Assembly (NCBI GenBank): GCA_047638115.1
Contig: JBLJBB010000107.1
Location: 2,808 to 66,807, forward strand
DNA length: 64,000 bases
Reading direction: 5' to 3'
Source of the DNA: Bacteroidales bacterium
GTDB taxonomy: Bacteria; Bacteroidota; Bacteroidia; Bacteroidales; WCHB1-69
Part shown: positions 55,252 to 64,000 of the stretch, piece after piece
How positions within the stretch are numbered: position 1 is the stretch's first letter
Layout: each line of letters opens with the position of its first letter
Program-made: the position numbers and the translations under genes
Notes under the pieces: model-generated
What the model was told of the DNA's origin: nothing
Databases searched by the model: none
What the model saw: only the letters and a program-made list of their open reading frames with translations

Positions 55252-56193
55252 TTATCTTGTAAGGGCAGCTGCTCCTAAAATAGCAACATCGTTTTCTGGA
55301 AGGGAGGAGAGTAAAATGGGGATCTCTCTTCTATAGATGAAAAGTTTATGTTTTAAAAATGATCTTTTTATAGGTTCCAAAAATACATCACCTGCCTGAA
55401 TAGGGCCACCCATAATAAAAATCGCTTCTGGTGATGAGAAAGTGACTGCATTGGCTAAAGCAATTCCTAATAAATACCCAGTTCTTTCATAAGTAGCTAT
55501 GGCTAGTGGATCACCATTCTTGGCAGCATCTGCAATGGTCTTCCCAGTCATATCATGGTATGGGATTCTCGTAATTTCACTTTGTGGATAGAGAGGCATC
55601 AATTCAAGACAATTCCAAACAATACCACTTGATGATGCATATTTTTCAACACACCCTTTATTTCCGCAGCCGCACTGACGACCTTCAGGGATTAAGATGG
55701 CGTGTCCCATCTCTCCCGCTAAGCCATCGTAACCATAAACTAGTTTACCATCTACAACTATGCCTGTTCCAATACCTGTTCCCAAAGTGAACATCATAAA
55801 GTTTTTCATATCTTTAGCTCCACCATAAATCATTTCACCATATGTGGCAGCATTAGCATCATTTGTAACTACAACATTGAATGGAAGTTGCGCTTGGATC
55901 ATCTCTTTAAGGGGGATAATCCCTTTAAAATTCAGATTTGCTGCATTTTCAATACTTCCTGTATAATAATTAGCGGCAGGTGCACCTATGCCAACCCCTG
56001 TAATCTCTTGAGGATTAAGGTCTTTGATGATTGAAGAGATTGTTTTCACTAAATCATCAACAAAGAGTGTTGGATCATTATATTGTGAAGTTTTAAGGTT
56101 CGTTCGATTGATTACGTTTCCGTTCTCATTGATTAACCCAATATCGGTATTGGTACCACCAATATCGATGCCAATGGAATATAGATTGTTCAT
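55252..56193 (-). CDS. ROK family sugar kinase (glucokinase-like)
   Basis: DIGGTN N-terminal motif and ROK Zn-binding signature GE.GH......CGCG..GC.E. Confidence 0.85.
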   Translation of the reverse strand: MNNLYSIGIDIGGTNTDIGLINENGNVINRTNLKTSQYNDPTLFVDDLVKTISSIIKDLNPQEITGVGIGAPAANYYTGSIENAANLNFKGIIPLKEMIQAQLPFNVVVTNDANAATYGEMIYGGAKDMKNFMMFTLGTGIGTGIVVDGKLVYGYDGLAGEMGHAILIPEGRQCGCGNKGCVEKYASSSGIVWNCLELMPLYPQSEITRIPYHDMTGKTIADAAKNGDPLAIATYERTGYLLGIALANAVTFSSPEAIFIMGGPIQAGDVFLEPIKRSFLKHKLFIYRREIPILLSSLPENDVAILGAAALTR

Positions 56194-57464
56194 TTTTTGA
56201 TTGTTAAGTTATAAGATCCAATTAATTTATCATAGGAAGTTCCCTCTTCTTGAAGATACATCAAGATTGTATACCCATTTGAAGTTTGCCAATGGCTCCC
56301 TTCAATATAGGCTTCATCAATAATTTTTGTACCCTTAGGGACATACACATATTGATAGTTGTAAAATCCTTGTTTCAAAAACAGAGATGTTTCCCAATAA
56401 TTTGTTTCTTTATTAAATTCAAGTAACGCATCAGGGATAATTCTCCAATCTGTGAGCTCTCCAAAAACATAAAGATCTCCTCCAGTTACTTTAAAATCAC
56501 AGCGTAATGAAAAATGAGTGAGTACATAATCTTCATTGTTTTCTCCTTCATAATCATCATTCAGCCAATAACATGCCCCTTTTAAAGTTGTATTTGTTTC
56601 ATAGGCACCATAAGGACGAGCAATATCTTCCATTACATATGCTTGATTAATTTTATCTTCAAAATTAATGGAAACAATGCGATCAGCTAAAGTTCTAAGG
56701 GTTCTTGTATCAAAAGTTCTAAACTCAGAACCACCTGTAAATAGAGTTTTATTCATGTTTTCATAAACAAAACTAAACTCACCAGGTTTTAAGGATCTGT
56801 AGGTAAGCCCCATAATGGCATTATCCCATCTCCCATTTTGAATGATTGATGCATGTAGATAGAGAGCAGGATTGCGAACGGCATAATTCCCGGAAAAAAG
56901 TGTAAAGTCCACTTGTTGTTTTTTCTCTCTGAAATTAACATCAGAAGCTGGATTAACAGTTCCAGAGATCGCAACAGATGATGGTTCTTCAATCATGATT
57001 CTGCGTGTCAGGATCGGTTTATCGGGAGTGTCATCATATACAAAAAGAAGATAATTCCCAGATTTTGTTAAACGCATCATATCTGTTGGGAAAATCAATT
57101 GATAGTGAGTATAATGTTGAATTGTATTGAAAGAGTAGCTATAATCGGTAATTTGATCCTCTAAGAATCCATCAATATACTCAATCGGATTAAGGGGAGA
57201 AAAATTCCAATCATGAGAACAGTGAATCAGCGTATATTTGAGATAACGATCCTCTTGGTTCAAATCATCAAAAACAAGCTTTAATTTTTCTGAACTGTTC
57301 AGTTTTATGATAGGCAATCCAAAGTCGGCCCCATTTTTGGTGATTTTAACACTTTTAATTGCCTCATCAAAAACGTAATTTTCAGCACTAACTCCGTATG
57401 AAGTTTGCGAAAACAAACTCCAGGTAAAATAAAGTAGAACTGCAGTTAACAAATATCTCTTCAT
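56190..57464 (-). CDS. DUF5103 (T9SS plug-like) domain protein (ORF-track start 57524)
   Basis: Signal peptide after Met21 (MKRYLLTAVLL..FSQ). C-terminal GELTDWR...WETSLFLKQGFYNYQYVY is typical of DUF5103. 4-nt overlap with the ROK gene. Confidence 0.55.
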   Translation of the reverse strand: MKRYLLTAVLLYFTWSLFSQTSYGVSAENYVFDEAIKSVKITKNGADFGLPIIKLNSSEKLKLVFDDLNQEDRYLKYTLIHCSHDWNFSPLNPIEYIDGFLEDQITDYSYSFNTIQHYTHYQLIFPTDMMRLTKSGNYLLFVYDDTPDKPILTRRIMIEEPSSVAISGTVNPASDVNFREKKQQVDFTLFSGNYAVRNPALYLHASIIQNGRWDNAIMGLTYRSLKPGEFSFVYENMNKTLFTGGSEFRTFDTRTLRTLADRIVSINFEDKINQAYVMEDIARPYGAYETNTTLKGACYWLNDDYEGENNEDYVLTHFSLRCDFKVTGGDLYVFGELTDWRIIPDALLEFNKETNYWETSLFLKQGFYNYQYVYVPKGTKIIDEAYIEGSHWQTSNGYTILMYLQEEGTSYDKLIGSYNLTIKK

Positions 57465-57480
57465 AATTAAAAATAATTTG

Positions 57481-57488
57481 CAAATATA
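57481..57488 (-). promoter_or_regulatory. -7 box upstream of the DUF5103-ROK operon
   Basis: Minus-strand TATATTTG 17 nt upstream of the ATG at 57464. Confidence 0.45.
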
Positions 57489-57500
57489 CAAAAAAAAGAT

Positions 57501-57541
57501 GCAGGGTGCAAGGTGCAAGGTCAAGGATCAGGGTGCAGGGT
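57501..57541. repeat. degenerate heptanucleotide tandem repeat (GCARGGT)n
   Basis: GCAGGGT GCAAGGT GCAAGGT CAAGGAT CAGGGT GCAGGGT. Confidence 0.75.
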
Positions 57542-57575
57542 TTAAAGGTTTAACGCTTCGCTGATTCAGGGTTAA
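57538..57575 (+). repeat. GGTTTAACGCTTCGCTG module, copy 2
   Basis: See 35013-35052. Confidence 0.8.
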
Positions 57576-57706
57576 TCTTCAATTTTTATTTGCTAATATG
57601 CAAATTTAAATATTTAGCCACGAATTCACGAATTAAAAACGAATTAATTTTTCAATTCTAATTTTATTATTCATTATTCACTATTAATTATTCATTCTTC
57701 TGGAGT

Positions 57707-57783
57707 TTCACAGTGTTAATGTGTCCTGTTTTTCAATTTCAAACACTGTGAAACACCTTTTAACCCTGTGGTACACTGTGATC
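57707..57783. repeat. CACAGTG repeat module, copy 2 (contains a 13-bp inverted repeat)
   Basis: GTTTCACAGTGTT...AACACTGTGAAAC plus GTACACTGTGATC. Confidence 0.75.
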
Positions 57784-57790
57784 TTTTCTC

Positions 57791-57853
57791 ATTAACAAAT
57801 TCCTAAAACTCTAACCGCAAAGAGCGCAAAGAACTTTCGCAAAGTTCGCAAAG
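57791..57853 (+). repeat. CGCAAAG repeat module, copy 2
   Basis: ATTAACAAATTCCTAAAACTCTAACCGCAAAGAGCGCAAAGAACTTTCGCAAAGTTCGCAAAGAA. Confidence 0.85.
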
Positions 57854-57903
57854 AAAAATTAACAAAATTCTGATTTAGCCATTATTTTATTTGGATAGTA
57901 GTT

Positions 57904-58533
57904 TTAAAAATTAACACCAACTTTAAAAATTCCTTGTGCTCCATATCCAATCTCCATATTCAAAACCTTTGATTTAGTAAAATTTAATCCAAGGAGGCAT
58001 ATATGTAAGTCTGGGAAAATGTAATTTGTGTGTCCGGTAAATGAAAAACTCTCTCTCTTACCCAATCTATTTGTATAATTTATGCCAATTCCAACTGAAG
58101 AATAAAGTGACAGGTTATCTTTATTAATGTAGGTGAATTTGTTTGAAATGAAAAGTGAGTATACATGAATGTTTGTCCCATACTCAGTTGATAAAAGGTA
58201 TTCAGTTTTTTTTAAAGAATATACACCATTAATACCTAAACTATATTTAGAGCTAAAATTATAATAATAACTAAAATTAAATGAGAATGGGATTGAATAG
58301 GATGTATATTCGGGTTTATTATAAAAACCAAAGAAGTAACCAGAAAAATAAAAAGTTTCATATACTAAATTATATGGATTAAGTGGTATTGGAAATATCC
58401 CCACCGATACATTAAACTCATGTTTTTTAAATGTTGGCTTTGTTGGGGTTTGGTTTTCTTGAGAGAACCCTTCATTGGTGGCAAAAAGTAGCATAACCAT
58501 TGCCATAAATAATTTTATATAATGCTTCTCCAT
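57904..58533 (-). CDS. outer-membrane beta-barrel protein (ORF-track start 58608)
   Basis: Signal peptide after Met26 (MEKHYIKLFMAMVMLLFATNEGFSQ). Alternating Y/F/S strands and C-terminal ..FKVGVNF. Confidence 0.5.
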   Translation of the reverse strand: MEKHYIKLFMAMVMLLFATNEGFSQENQTPTKPTFKKHEFNVSVGIFPIPLNPYNLVYETFYFSGYFFGFYNKPEYTSYSIPFSFNFSYYYNFSSKYSLGINGVYSLKKTEYLLSTEYGTNIHVYSLFISNKFTYINKDNLSLYSSVGIGINYTNRLGKRESFSFTGHTNYIFPDLHICLLGLNFTKSKVLNMEIGYGAQGIFKVGVNF

Positions 58534-58600
58534 AATATTGTGTTTTTGATTACTATTTTCTGTTTGCAAATACTTTGCAATAATACAACAAATAATTTGA

Positions 58601-58640
58601 ATTAGCAAATTAGCAAATTAGCAAATTAGCAAATTAGCAA
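58601..58640. repeat. perfect octanucleotide tandem repeat (ATTAGCAA)x5
   Basis: Five exact units located 68-107 nt upstream of the ATG of the minus-strand beta-barrel gene. Confidence 0.9.
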
Positions 58641-58856
58641 ATGTATAGTATTGTATATCAACAGTATAAAAATTTAGACAGGATGTGATATAATGTGATT
58701 TTGAGCTAATTATTTATCCAATTTTTGGTTTTTAAGCTCAAACTTATGAAAAAAAATAAGTTGTTTTGGAAGGAATATTAACAATTGTTAACAATTAGCA
58801 AAAATTCATTTATTCTATTATCCGAGTGCCCTTAGCCTTTAGCCCTAATGCAAGGA

Positions 58857-58884
58857 GCTGTCAGCTGTCAGCTATCAGCTATCA
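58857..58884. repeat. heptanucleotide tandem repeat (GCTRTCA)x4
   Basis: GCTGTCA GCTGTCA GCTATCA GCTATCA, preceded by an orphan CCCTAATGCAAG element end at 58843. Confidence 0.85.
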
Positions 58885-58958
58885 GTTTTTGTATTTTGTT
58901 GGATTATTGTTGATTGCAAAAAATGGAACGCGGATGACGCAAATTTTCAATAGCAACT

Positions 58959-59160
58959 CAAAACCGAAGGTTTTGTTGCATTAGGGCGAAGCCGAGAAAG
59001 CCCGCAAAGCCAGAAAGTGATGGGATGCAGGGAGTTAAAGAGCGACCGAAGGAAGCTCCTTTAACGACCATGCAGACCACACTTGATGGCTGCGGACTTG
59101 AAGGCGGAGACCGACGGTTGTAGAGACGCAAGCATTGCGTCTACAACCGGAATGCCCAAA
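58959..59160 (-). repeat. GC-rich interspersed element, family A copy 3
   Basis: Hairpin CAAAACC-GAA-GGTTTTG, then GCATTAGGGC...CCGGAATGCCCAAA. Collinear with 24469-24673. Confidence 0.9.
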
Positions 59161-59167
59161 TTAATAA

Positions 59168-59190
59168 GCTAATGTGCTAATGTGCTAATT
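59168..59190. repeat. octanucleotide tandem repeat (GCTAATGT)x2 plus a partial unit
   Basis: GCTAATGT GCTAATGT GCTAATT. Confidence 0.75.
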
Positions 59191-59210
59191 GAATGAATAT
59201 ATTAAAAAAT

Positions 59211-59250
59211 GACTTTAGACTTTAGACCTTTGACTTTAGACCTTAAACCC
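59211..59250. repeat. degenerate tandem repeat (GACTTTA/GACCTTT)
   Basis: GACTTTAGACTTTAGACCTTTGACTTTAGACCTTAAACCC. Confidence 0.7.
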
Positions 59251-59289
59251 AAACGTGTTCCGAACTGCTGTCTGTTTCAAATATTTTCG

Positions 59290-59297
59290 TACTTTTG
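59290..59297 (+). promoter_or_regulatory. -7 box upstream of the nifU-like/ychF genes
   Basis: TACTTTTG 27 nt upstream of the ATG. Confidence 0.45.
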
Positions 59298-59323
59298 CAG
59301 GTTAATTTTTAAACAATAGACAA

Positions 59324-59572
59324 ATGGAAAATATTTCTTTAAAAGATCAAGTTATAGATATTATTGATCAACTTCGTCCCTTTTTACAACAAGATGGTGG
59401 GGATATTCAATTTATGGAACTTACTGCAGATAACGTAGTTAAAGTCAAATTACAAGGCGCTTGCGGCTCTTGTCCTCATGCTAAAATTACACTTAAAAAT
59501 GGTGTGGAATCTACCATCAAAAAATATATTCCTGAAATAGTTAGCGTGGAAGACGATAGTTTGGGCTTTTAA
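59324..59572 (+). CDS. NifU-like Fe-S cluster assembly protein (Nfu C-terminal domain)
   Basis: 82 aa with DGGD..F and the CGSCP motif (GACGSCPHA). Confidence 0.85.
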   Translation: MENISLKDQVIDIIDQLRPFLQQDGGDIQFMELTADNVVKVKLQGACGSCPHAKITLKNGVESTIKKYIPEIVSVEDDSLGF

Positions 59573-59584
59573 TAAAAATAATTT

Positions 59585-60682
59585 ATGGGATTAAAATGTG
59601 GAATTATTGGTTTAACCAATAGTGGTAAAACAACTTTATTTAATTGTATATCAAATACAAAAGCAGCCATTACCGACTTTGCTTATAGTACAAATAAATC
59701 AAATATTGGGGTGTGTAATGTGCCTGATCCAAGATTGGAACATATAAACACTTTCATTAGAGCTGAGAAATTGGTGTATGCTACCATGGATATTATTGAT
59801 ATCCCTGGATTGGCTAAAGGGGCTAGTCATGGAGAAGGAATTGGTAACGGTTTCTTAGGCGATGTGCGTTTGTGCGATGCTTTGATTCACGTTTTACGTT
59901 GTTTTGACAACCCAAACCTACCTCACGTGGAAGGATCTATTAATCCTGTACGTGATATCGAAATTATCGATTTTGAGTTGCAAATCAAAGACTTAGAGCA
60001 AATTGAAAGAAAAATGCTCAAAGTAGAAAAAGCGATGAAAGTGGGAGAACGGAATGCAAAAAGGGATTATGAAGTTCTTCAAAAATATAAAGCTCATATT
60101 GAAGATTTTCAAAATGTTAGAACTTTGGAAGTTACTCCTGAAGAACACGAAGTGGTAGCAGACTTGTTACTCTTAACCGAAAAACCCCAATTGTACGTTT
60201 GTAACGTCAATGATGACGATGCTGTAAAAGGGAATAAATATGTGGATCAAGTGGCTGAATATTTGAAAGATCATGCGGTTGATATGCTTGTTGTTGCGGG
60301 AAAAATTGAATCAGAAATTGCAGAACTTGATGATGAAGAGGAAAGAATGGCGTTTTTAGAGGATGTTGGTCTTTCGGAAGCTGGCGTTCGTAAAGTGATT
60401 CGTGCGGCATATAAACTCTTAAACCTGATCTCATTCTTTACAGTTGGTGGAAAAGAGAATCGTGCCTGGACTATCAGAAACGGAATGTTTGCGCCTCAAG
60501 CTGCTGGAGTTATTCATAGTGATTTAGAAAGAGGGTTTATCAGAGCAGAAGTGATCAAATATGATGATCTAGTATCTCTGGGATCTGAACTCAAATGTAA
60601 GGAAGCTGGGAAACTCTCTGTTGAAGGGAAAACGTATGTTGTTAAGGACGGAGATATTCTTAATATCAGATTTAATGTTTAA
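59585..60682 (+). CDS. ychF: redox-regulated ribosome-binding ATPase YchF
   Basis: G1 GLTNSGKTTLFN, DIPGL, and the C-terminal TGS-like block (W.I..G..A..AAG.IHSD.ERGFIRAEV). 365 aa. Confidence 0.95.
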   Translation: MGLKCGIIGLTNSGKTTLFNCISNTKAAITDFAYSTNKSNIGVCNVPDPRLEHINTFIRAEKLVYATMDIIDIPGLAKGASHGEGIGNGFLGDVRLCDALIHVLRCFDNPNLPHVEGSINPVRDIEIIDFELQIKDLEQIERKMLKVEKAMKVGERNAKRDYEVLQKYKAHIEDFQNVRTLEVTPEEHEVVADLLLLTEKPQLYVCNVNDDDAVKGNKYVDQVAEYLKDHAVDMLVVAGKIESEIAELDDEEERMAFLEDVGLSEAGVRKVIRAAYKLLNLISFFTVGGKENRAWTIRNGMFAPQAAGVIHSDLERGFIRAEVIKYDDLVSLGSELKCKEAGKLSVEGKTYVVKDGDILNIRFNV

Positions 60683-60698
60683 TATTCAATCATAACCC

Positions 60699-62336
60699 AT
60701 GAAACGACTTTTTATTGTTACTTTTCTTTTTAGCATATCCCTTTTGGGAGTTGCTCAAGATCCAAATTGTTACAGAGTCTATTTATCTAACAAGAACAAC
60801 TCTCCGTTTAGTATAAATACACCATCTGCTTTTCTATCACCTCGAGCAATTGCCAAAAGAACGACGTACAATATCCCCATTACAACTCAGGATTTACCTG
60901 TTAATGAGTCATATATCAATCAGATAAAAGCATTTGATGCTAATATTCAAGTGTTATCAACTTCTAAATGGCTCAATACAGTAGTTATCTATTGTCCGAA
61001 TTCTGCTCATATTCCTGGAATTCAAAATTTAGGATGTGTGCAACATATTGTACCTGTGGCTAACTTGCCTTTTACCAAAGAGGGGGGATTTGTAATTCCT
61101 CAAACCGTGGCAAATGATAAGTTTGGAATGAGTGGAACTAAAGATTTCAGTTATGGTGACAGTTACGATCAGATCAAAGTGCATCGTGGCGATTCTCTTC
61201 ATAACAGAGGTTTTCGTGGAGAGGGGATGTTGATTGCCGTTCTTGATGCTGGGTGGAATGGATTTGATACCATTTCCCATTTTCAGCCACTTTATGCAAA
61301 TGGACAAATTTTGGGAACGAGAGATATGATCCCTGGTGTAAACAATGTGTATACGGGTCATGGACATGGAACTGCTGTTACATCAATTATTGCTTCAAAT
61401 ATAGAGGGACAATTGGTTGGGACGGCTCCTATGGCGAACTATTTCTTTATTCGTTCTGAAAACCCTTGGAGTGAACAACCCATTGAAGAGGATTTTTGGG
61501 CAGCAGCTGCTGAATTAGCGGATAGTTTGGGTGCAGATGTGATCAACTCCTCTTTAGGATACACTACATTTGCTGATTTTCCTCAAGGGGATATGACCCC
61601 TCAACAAAATGATGGCATCTCCAGTGTAGCATCACAAGCTGCAACCATTGCTGGTCAAAAAGGGATTGTTGTTGTGATAAGTGCGGGTAATGAACGTGGC
61701 TCCGATTGGGGCTTTATTGGAAGACCGGCTGATGCATTTGATGTAATCTCTGTTGGTGCTATGGATAAAGATAGTGTTATTGCACCTTTTTCATCTTATG
61801 GGCCAAGTGCTGATATGAGAGTAAAACCAGATGTAACATCTGTGGGTTGGAATACTTGGTATTCTAGTACTGATGGCTCTATTTATCAAGGGAATGGTAC
61901 CAGTTTCTCTGGGCCAGTTATAGCAGGGCTTTCTGCTTGTTTGTGGCAATCATTACCTCACTTAAATGCTATAGAAATAATGGAAGTGATTCGACAACAT
62001 GGTCATATTTATAATAATCCAGATAATGATTTTGGATATGGAATTCCCGATTATTTTCAAGCATTTTTAGATAATATTAGTTCCGTTTCAGAATTTTCAA
62101 CTCCAATGGATGTTCTTGTTTTTCCAAATCCAACAGAGGATCAAATTACGTTCCAATCCATGAATGAGGAGATTCTCTCGATTCAAATTGTAGATCTATC
62201 TGGAAAAATTTTGTATCATAATTCTGACAAGCAGTTTAAAAATACAATTTCAGTTTCTTTCTTACCTTCTGGCATCTATTTTGCACATCTAAAAACTGCT
62301 ACATCGAAAGGAACAATAAAATTTGTAAAAAGATAA
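60699..62336 (+). CDS. S8 family (subtilisin-like) serine peptidase with T9SS C-terminal sorting domain
   Basis: Catalytic triad blocks AVLDAGW (Asp), GHGTAV (His) and GTSFSGP (Ser). C-terminal VFPNPTEDQITF...KFVKR is typical of a type-A CTD. Confidence 0.9.
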   Translation: MKRLFIVTFLFSISLLGVAQDPNCYRVYLSNKNNSPFSINTPSAFLSPRAIAKRTTYNIPITTQDLPVNESYINQIKAFDANIQVLSTSKWLNTVVIYCPNSAHIPGIQNLGCVQHIVPVANLPFTKEGGFVIPQTVANDKFGMSGTKDFSYGDSYDQIKVHRGDSLHNRGFRGEGMLIAVLDAGWNGFDTISHFQPLYANGQILGTRDMIPGVNNVYTGHGHGTAVTSIIASNIEGQLVGTAPMANYFFIRSENPWSEQPIEEDFWAAAAELADSLGADVINSSLGYTTFADFPQGDMTPQQNDGISSVASQAATIAGQKGIVVVISAGNERGSDWGFIGRPADAFDVISVGAMDKDSVIAPFSSYGPSADMRVKPDVTSVGWNTWYSSTDGSIYQGNGTSFSGPVIAGLSACLWQSLPHLNAIEIMEVIRQHGHIYNNPDNDFGYGIPDYFQAFLDNISSVSEFSTPMDVLVFPNPTEDQITFQSMNEEILSIQIVDLSGKILYHNSDKQFKNTISVSFLPSGIYFAHLKTATSKGTIKFVKR

Positions 62337-64000
62337 TGAAAAAGTTTTTCATACTTTTTTTTCTTTCACTAATCACCTTAAAATCGATACCTTCACCACC
62401 ACCTCATGAAGGGTTATGGTTACCTTTGTTTATCAAAGATTACAATTACAACGAAATGAGAAGGGCAGGTTTGAAACTTTCAGCAGATCAACTGTATAAC
62501 ATTAACAAACCATGTATCAAAGATGCAGTGGTTGCCATTGGAGATGGGAATGGTTCAGGAACCATAATCTCAAATAAAGGGTTGCTATTAACAACGTATC
62601 AGTCGGCTTACCCATTTATCTCAAAATTATCTTCAAAAGAAACTAACTTTATTAAAAACGGATTTTGGGCATCTAGTCAAAAAGAGGAGATCCCCTGTTT
62701 GGGTTTGGAAGTAACTTTTCTCATTGAAATGCAGGATGTTACAGAAGATGTACTCTTTGCAATACCTGAAAATATTTCTGAAAGTAAAAGAGAAGAGTTG
62801 ATTCAAAGGAAGATCGATAAGATTTTGGCAAAATATAATAAAGAGGAACGATACCAGGCAAAAATTGAGTCTTTTTCATACGGGAACCAATATTTTCTCT
62901 TTGTTTATCAAACTTTTCAAGATATTCGTATAGTGGGAGCACCTCCCAGTGAGATTGCACAATTTGGAGGAGAATCTGAAAGATGGTCGTGGCCAAGACA
63001 CAATGCAGATTTTGCCATATTTAGAATTTATTCATCACCAGATGGTGCACCCTCAAAATTTGATCCAGAGAACATTCCATTTGTTCCTAAATACTATATT
63101 CCAATCAGTTTAAAAGGGTTTCGAATGGAAGATTTTGCTATGGTTTGGGGATATCCTCAAGCATCTAAAAGATCTATCAGTTCTCAAGAGGTAAAGTATT
63201 GGACAGATATATACGCAAAAGCTTATGTAGAAGCGAGTGCGCCTTTTCTTTCACCTTTCAGAAATTCCATTAATAGTAGTGATTCGTCGAAATTATATTA
63301 TGGTGACTTTTTTAATGTACTCACCAATCAGTATATCAGAAGTAAAGGGGAGATTGATAATATTTTTGCTTTAGATATATCAACTGAAATTCAAAATAGA
63401 GAGCGTAAAATGCAAAAGTGGATAACCTCTGAAACTCAGAGTAACAAAAAATTCCATTCTCTGTTTCTCAATATGGATTCCATATACTCAAAAGTTGATC
63501 CCAATTTGATCAAGTGTTTTTGGTATGGAAATATTACCCTTCAAAGTTCCAAATTCTTAATGATCCCTTACCTAATTCAAGAATTTTCACCATCAACAAA
63601 AACTACCATTGAAATAGAAAATATTGTAAATCAATACAATAAAATCATCTTGACTGTTGATAAGGATTTGGAAATTAAATTAATTGAAGCATCATTCTCT
63701 TTATGGGAAAAACTTCCAGAATCAGTTCGCCCCAAGATGAGTGCATTTATTACAAAGTATTTTGGTAATAGTTCTAAGTTGTTTGCAACAAATGTTGTAA
63801 ATAAGTCAATTTTCTCTTCTGAGGAGAGATTAAGGAAGTTTTTAGCGCATCCCAAAATGGCTATCTATCAAAAAGATCCATTAGTTAGGTATTATCAAGA
63901 ATTGATTAAAATTATTGAGTTGGGTAATAGAGAGTTGCTTAAATTTGAAACTGCCATGATCCCATTACGGAGAGATTATGCATCGATTTTGCTTCAAATG
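62336..64000 (+). CDS. S46 (dipeptidyl-peptidase 7/11-like) family protein, 3' end beyond the window; catalytic His apparently substituted
   Basis: Translated by hand, because the ORF track omits it (no stop codon in the window). ATG overlaps the S8 stop (TAATG). Signal peptide present. S46 blocks EGLWLP, GFWA, VGAPP..IAQFGGESERWSWPRHNADFAIFRIY. The expected TNHHCG is TTYQSA. Confidence 0.7.
   Translation, partial: MKKFFILFFLSLITLKSIPSPPPHEGLWLPLFIKDYNYNEMRRAGLKLSADQLYNINKPCIKDAVVAIGDGNGSGTIISNKGLLLTTYQSAYPFISKLSSKETNFIKNGFWASSQKEEIPCLGLEVTFLIEMQDVTEDVLFAIPENISESKREELIQRKIDKILAKYNKEERYQAKIESFSYGNQYFLFVYQTFQDIRIVGAPPSEIAQFGGESERWSWPRHNADFAIFRIYSSPDGAPSKFDPENIPFVPKYYIPISLKGFRMEDFAMVWGYPQASKRSISSQEVKYWTDIYAKAYVEASAPFLSPFRNSINSSDSSKLYYGDFFNVLTNQYIRSKGEIDNIFALDISTEIQNRERKMQKWITSETQSNKKFHSLFLNMDSIYSKVDPNLIKCFWYGNITLQSSKFLMIPYLIQEFSPSTKTTIEIENIVNQYNKIILTVDKDLEIKLIEASFSLWEKLPESVRPKMSAFITKYFGNSSKLFATNVVNKSIFSSEERLRKFLAHPKMAIYQKDPLVRYYQELIKIIELGNRELLKFETAMIPLRRDYASILLQM

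Overview
Low-GC chromosomal segment from a Bacteroidota organism, Flavobacteriia-like. The taxonomic call rests on T9SS C-terminal sorting domains, a gliding-motility type-B CTD protein, a TonB-dependent receptor + DUF4249 pair, DUF1573/DUF5103 genes, and TAnnTTTG -7 promoter boxes in front of most operons.

The core housekeeping genes are clear:
- thyA (partial), pyrBI, ftsQAZ and an inverted, isolated murG
- gapA, priA, tatD, udk, class II ribonucleotide reductase, fabD
- pyrH-frr, gcvH, two tandem tonB-like genes
- nusB-DUF1573-yajC-coaE, a ROK kinase, nifU-like, ychF
- an S8 peptidase, a partial S46-like peptidase, tRNA-Asp(GUC) and tRNA-Phe(GAA)

Accessory DNA lies at roughly 9.0-35.5 kb. 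It holds:
- a class II Fic protein, ltaE and arsM
- orphan secreted, lipoprotein and beta-barrel genes
- an intact IS1634-family element flanked by a perfect 174-bp direct duplication
- a single-chain type IIG restriction-modification enzyme
- a DUF3800 fragment and an ORF6N protein with a PLD-like domain

The least explained signal is non-coding. A family of GC-rich ~120-200-nt interspersed elements has five copies in two core types. The copies share only their termini, a hypervariable insert site and hairpins that show compensatory changes. They sit inside mosaics of short repeat modules and 7-8-nt tandem repeats. Separately, an array of eight phased 21-bp repeats and a twin palindrome-plus-promoter repeat lie upstream of an orphan gene.

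No cas genes, prophage or rRNA were seen. All functional calls come from motif recognition by eye; no searches were run.
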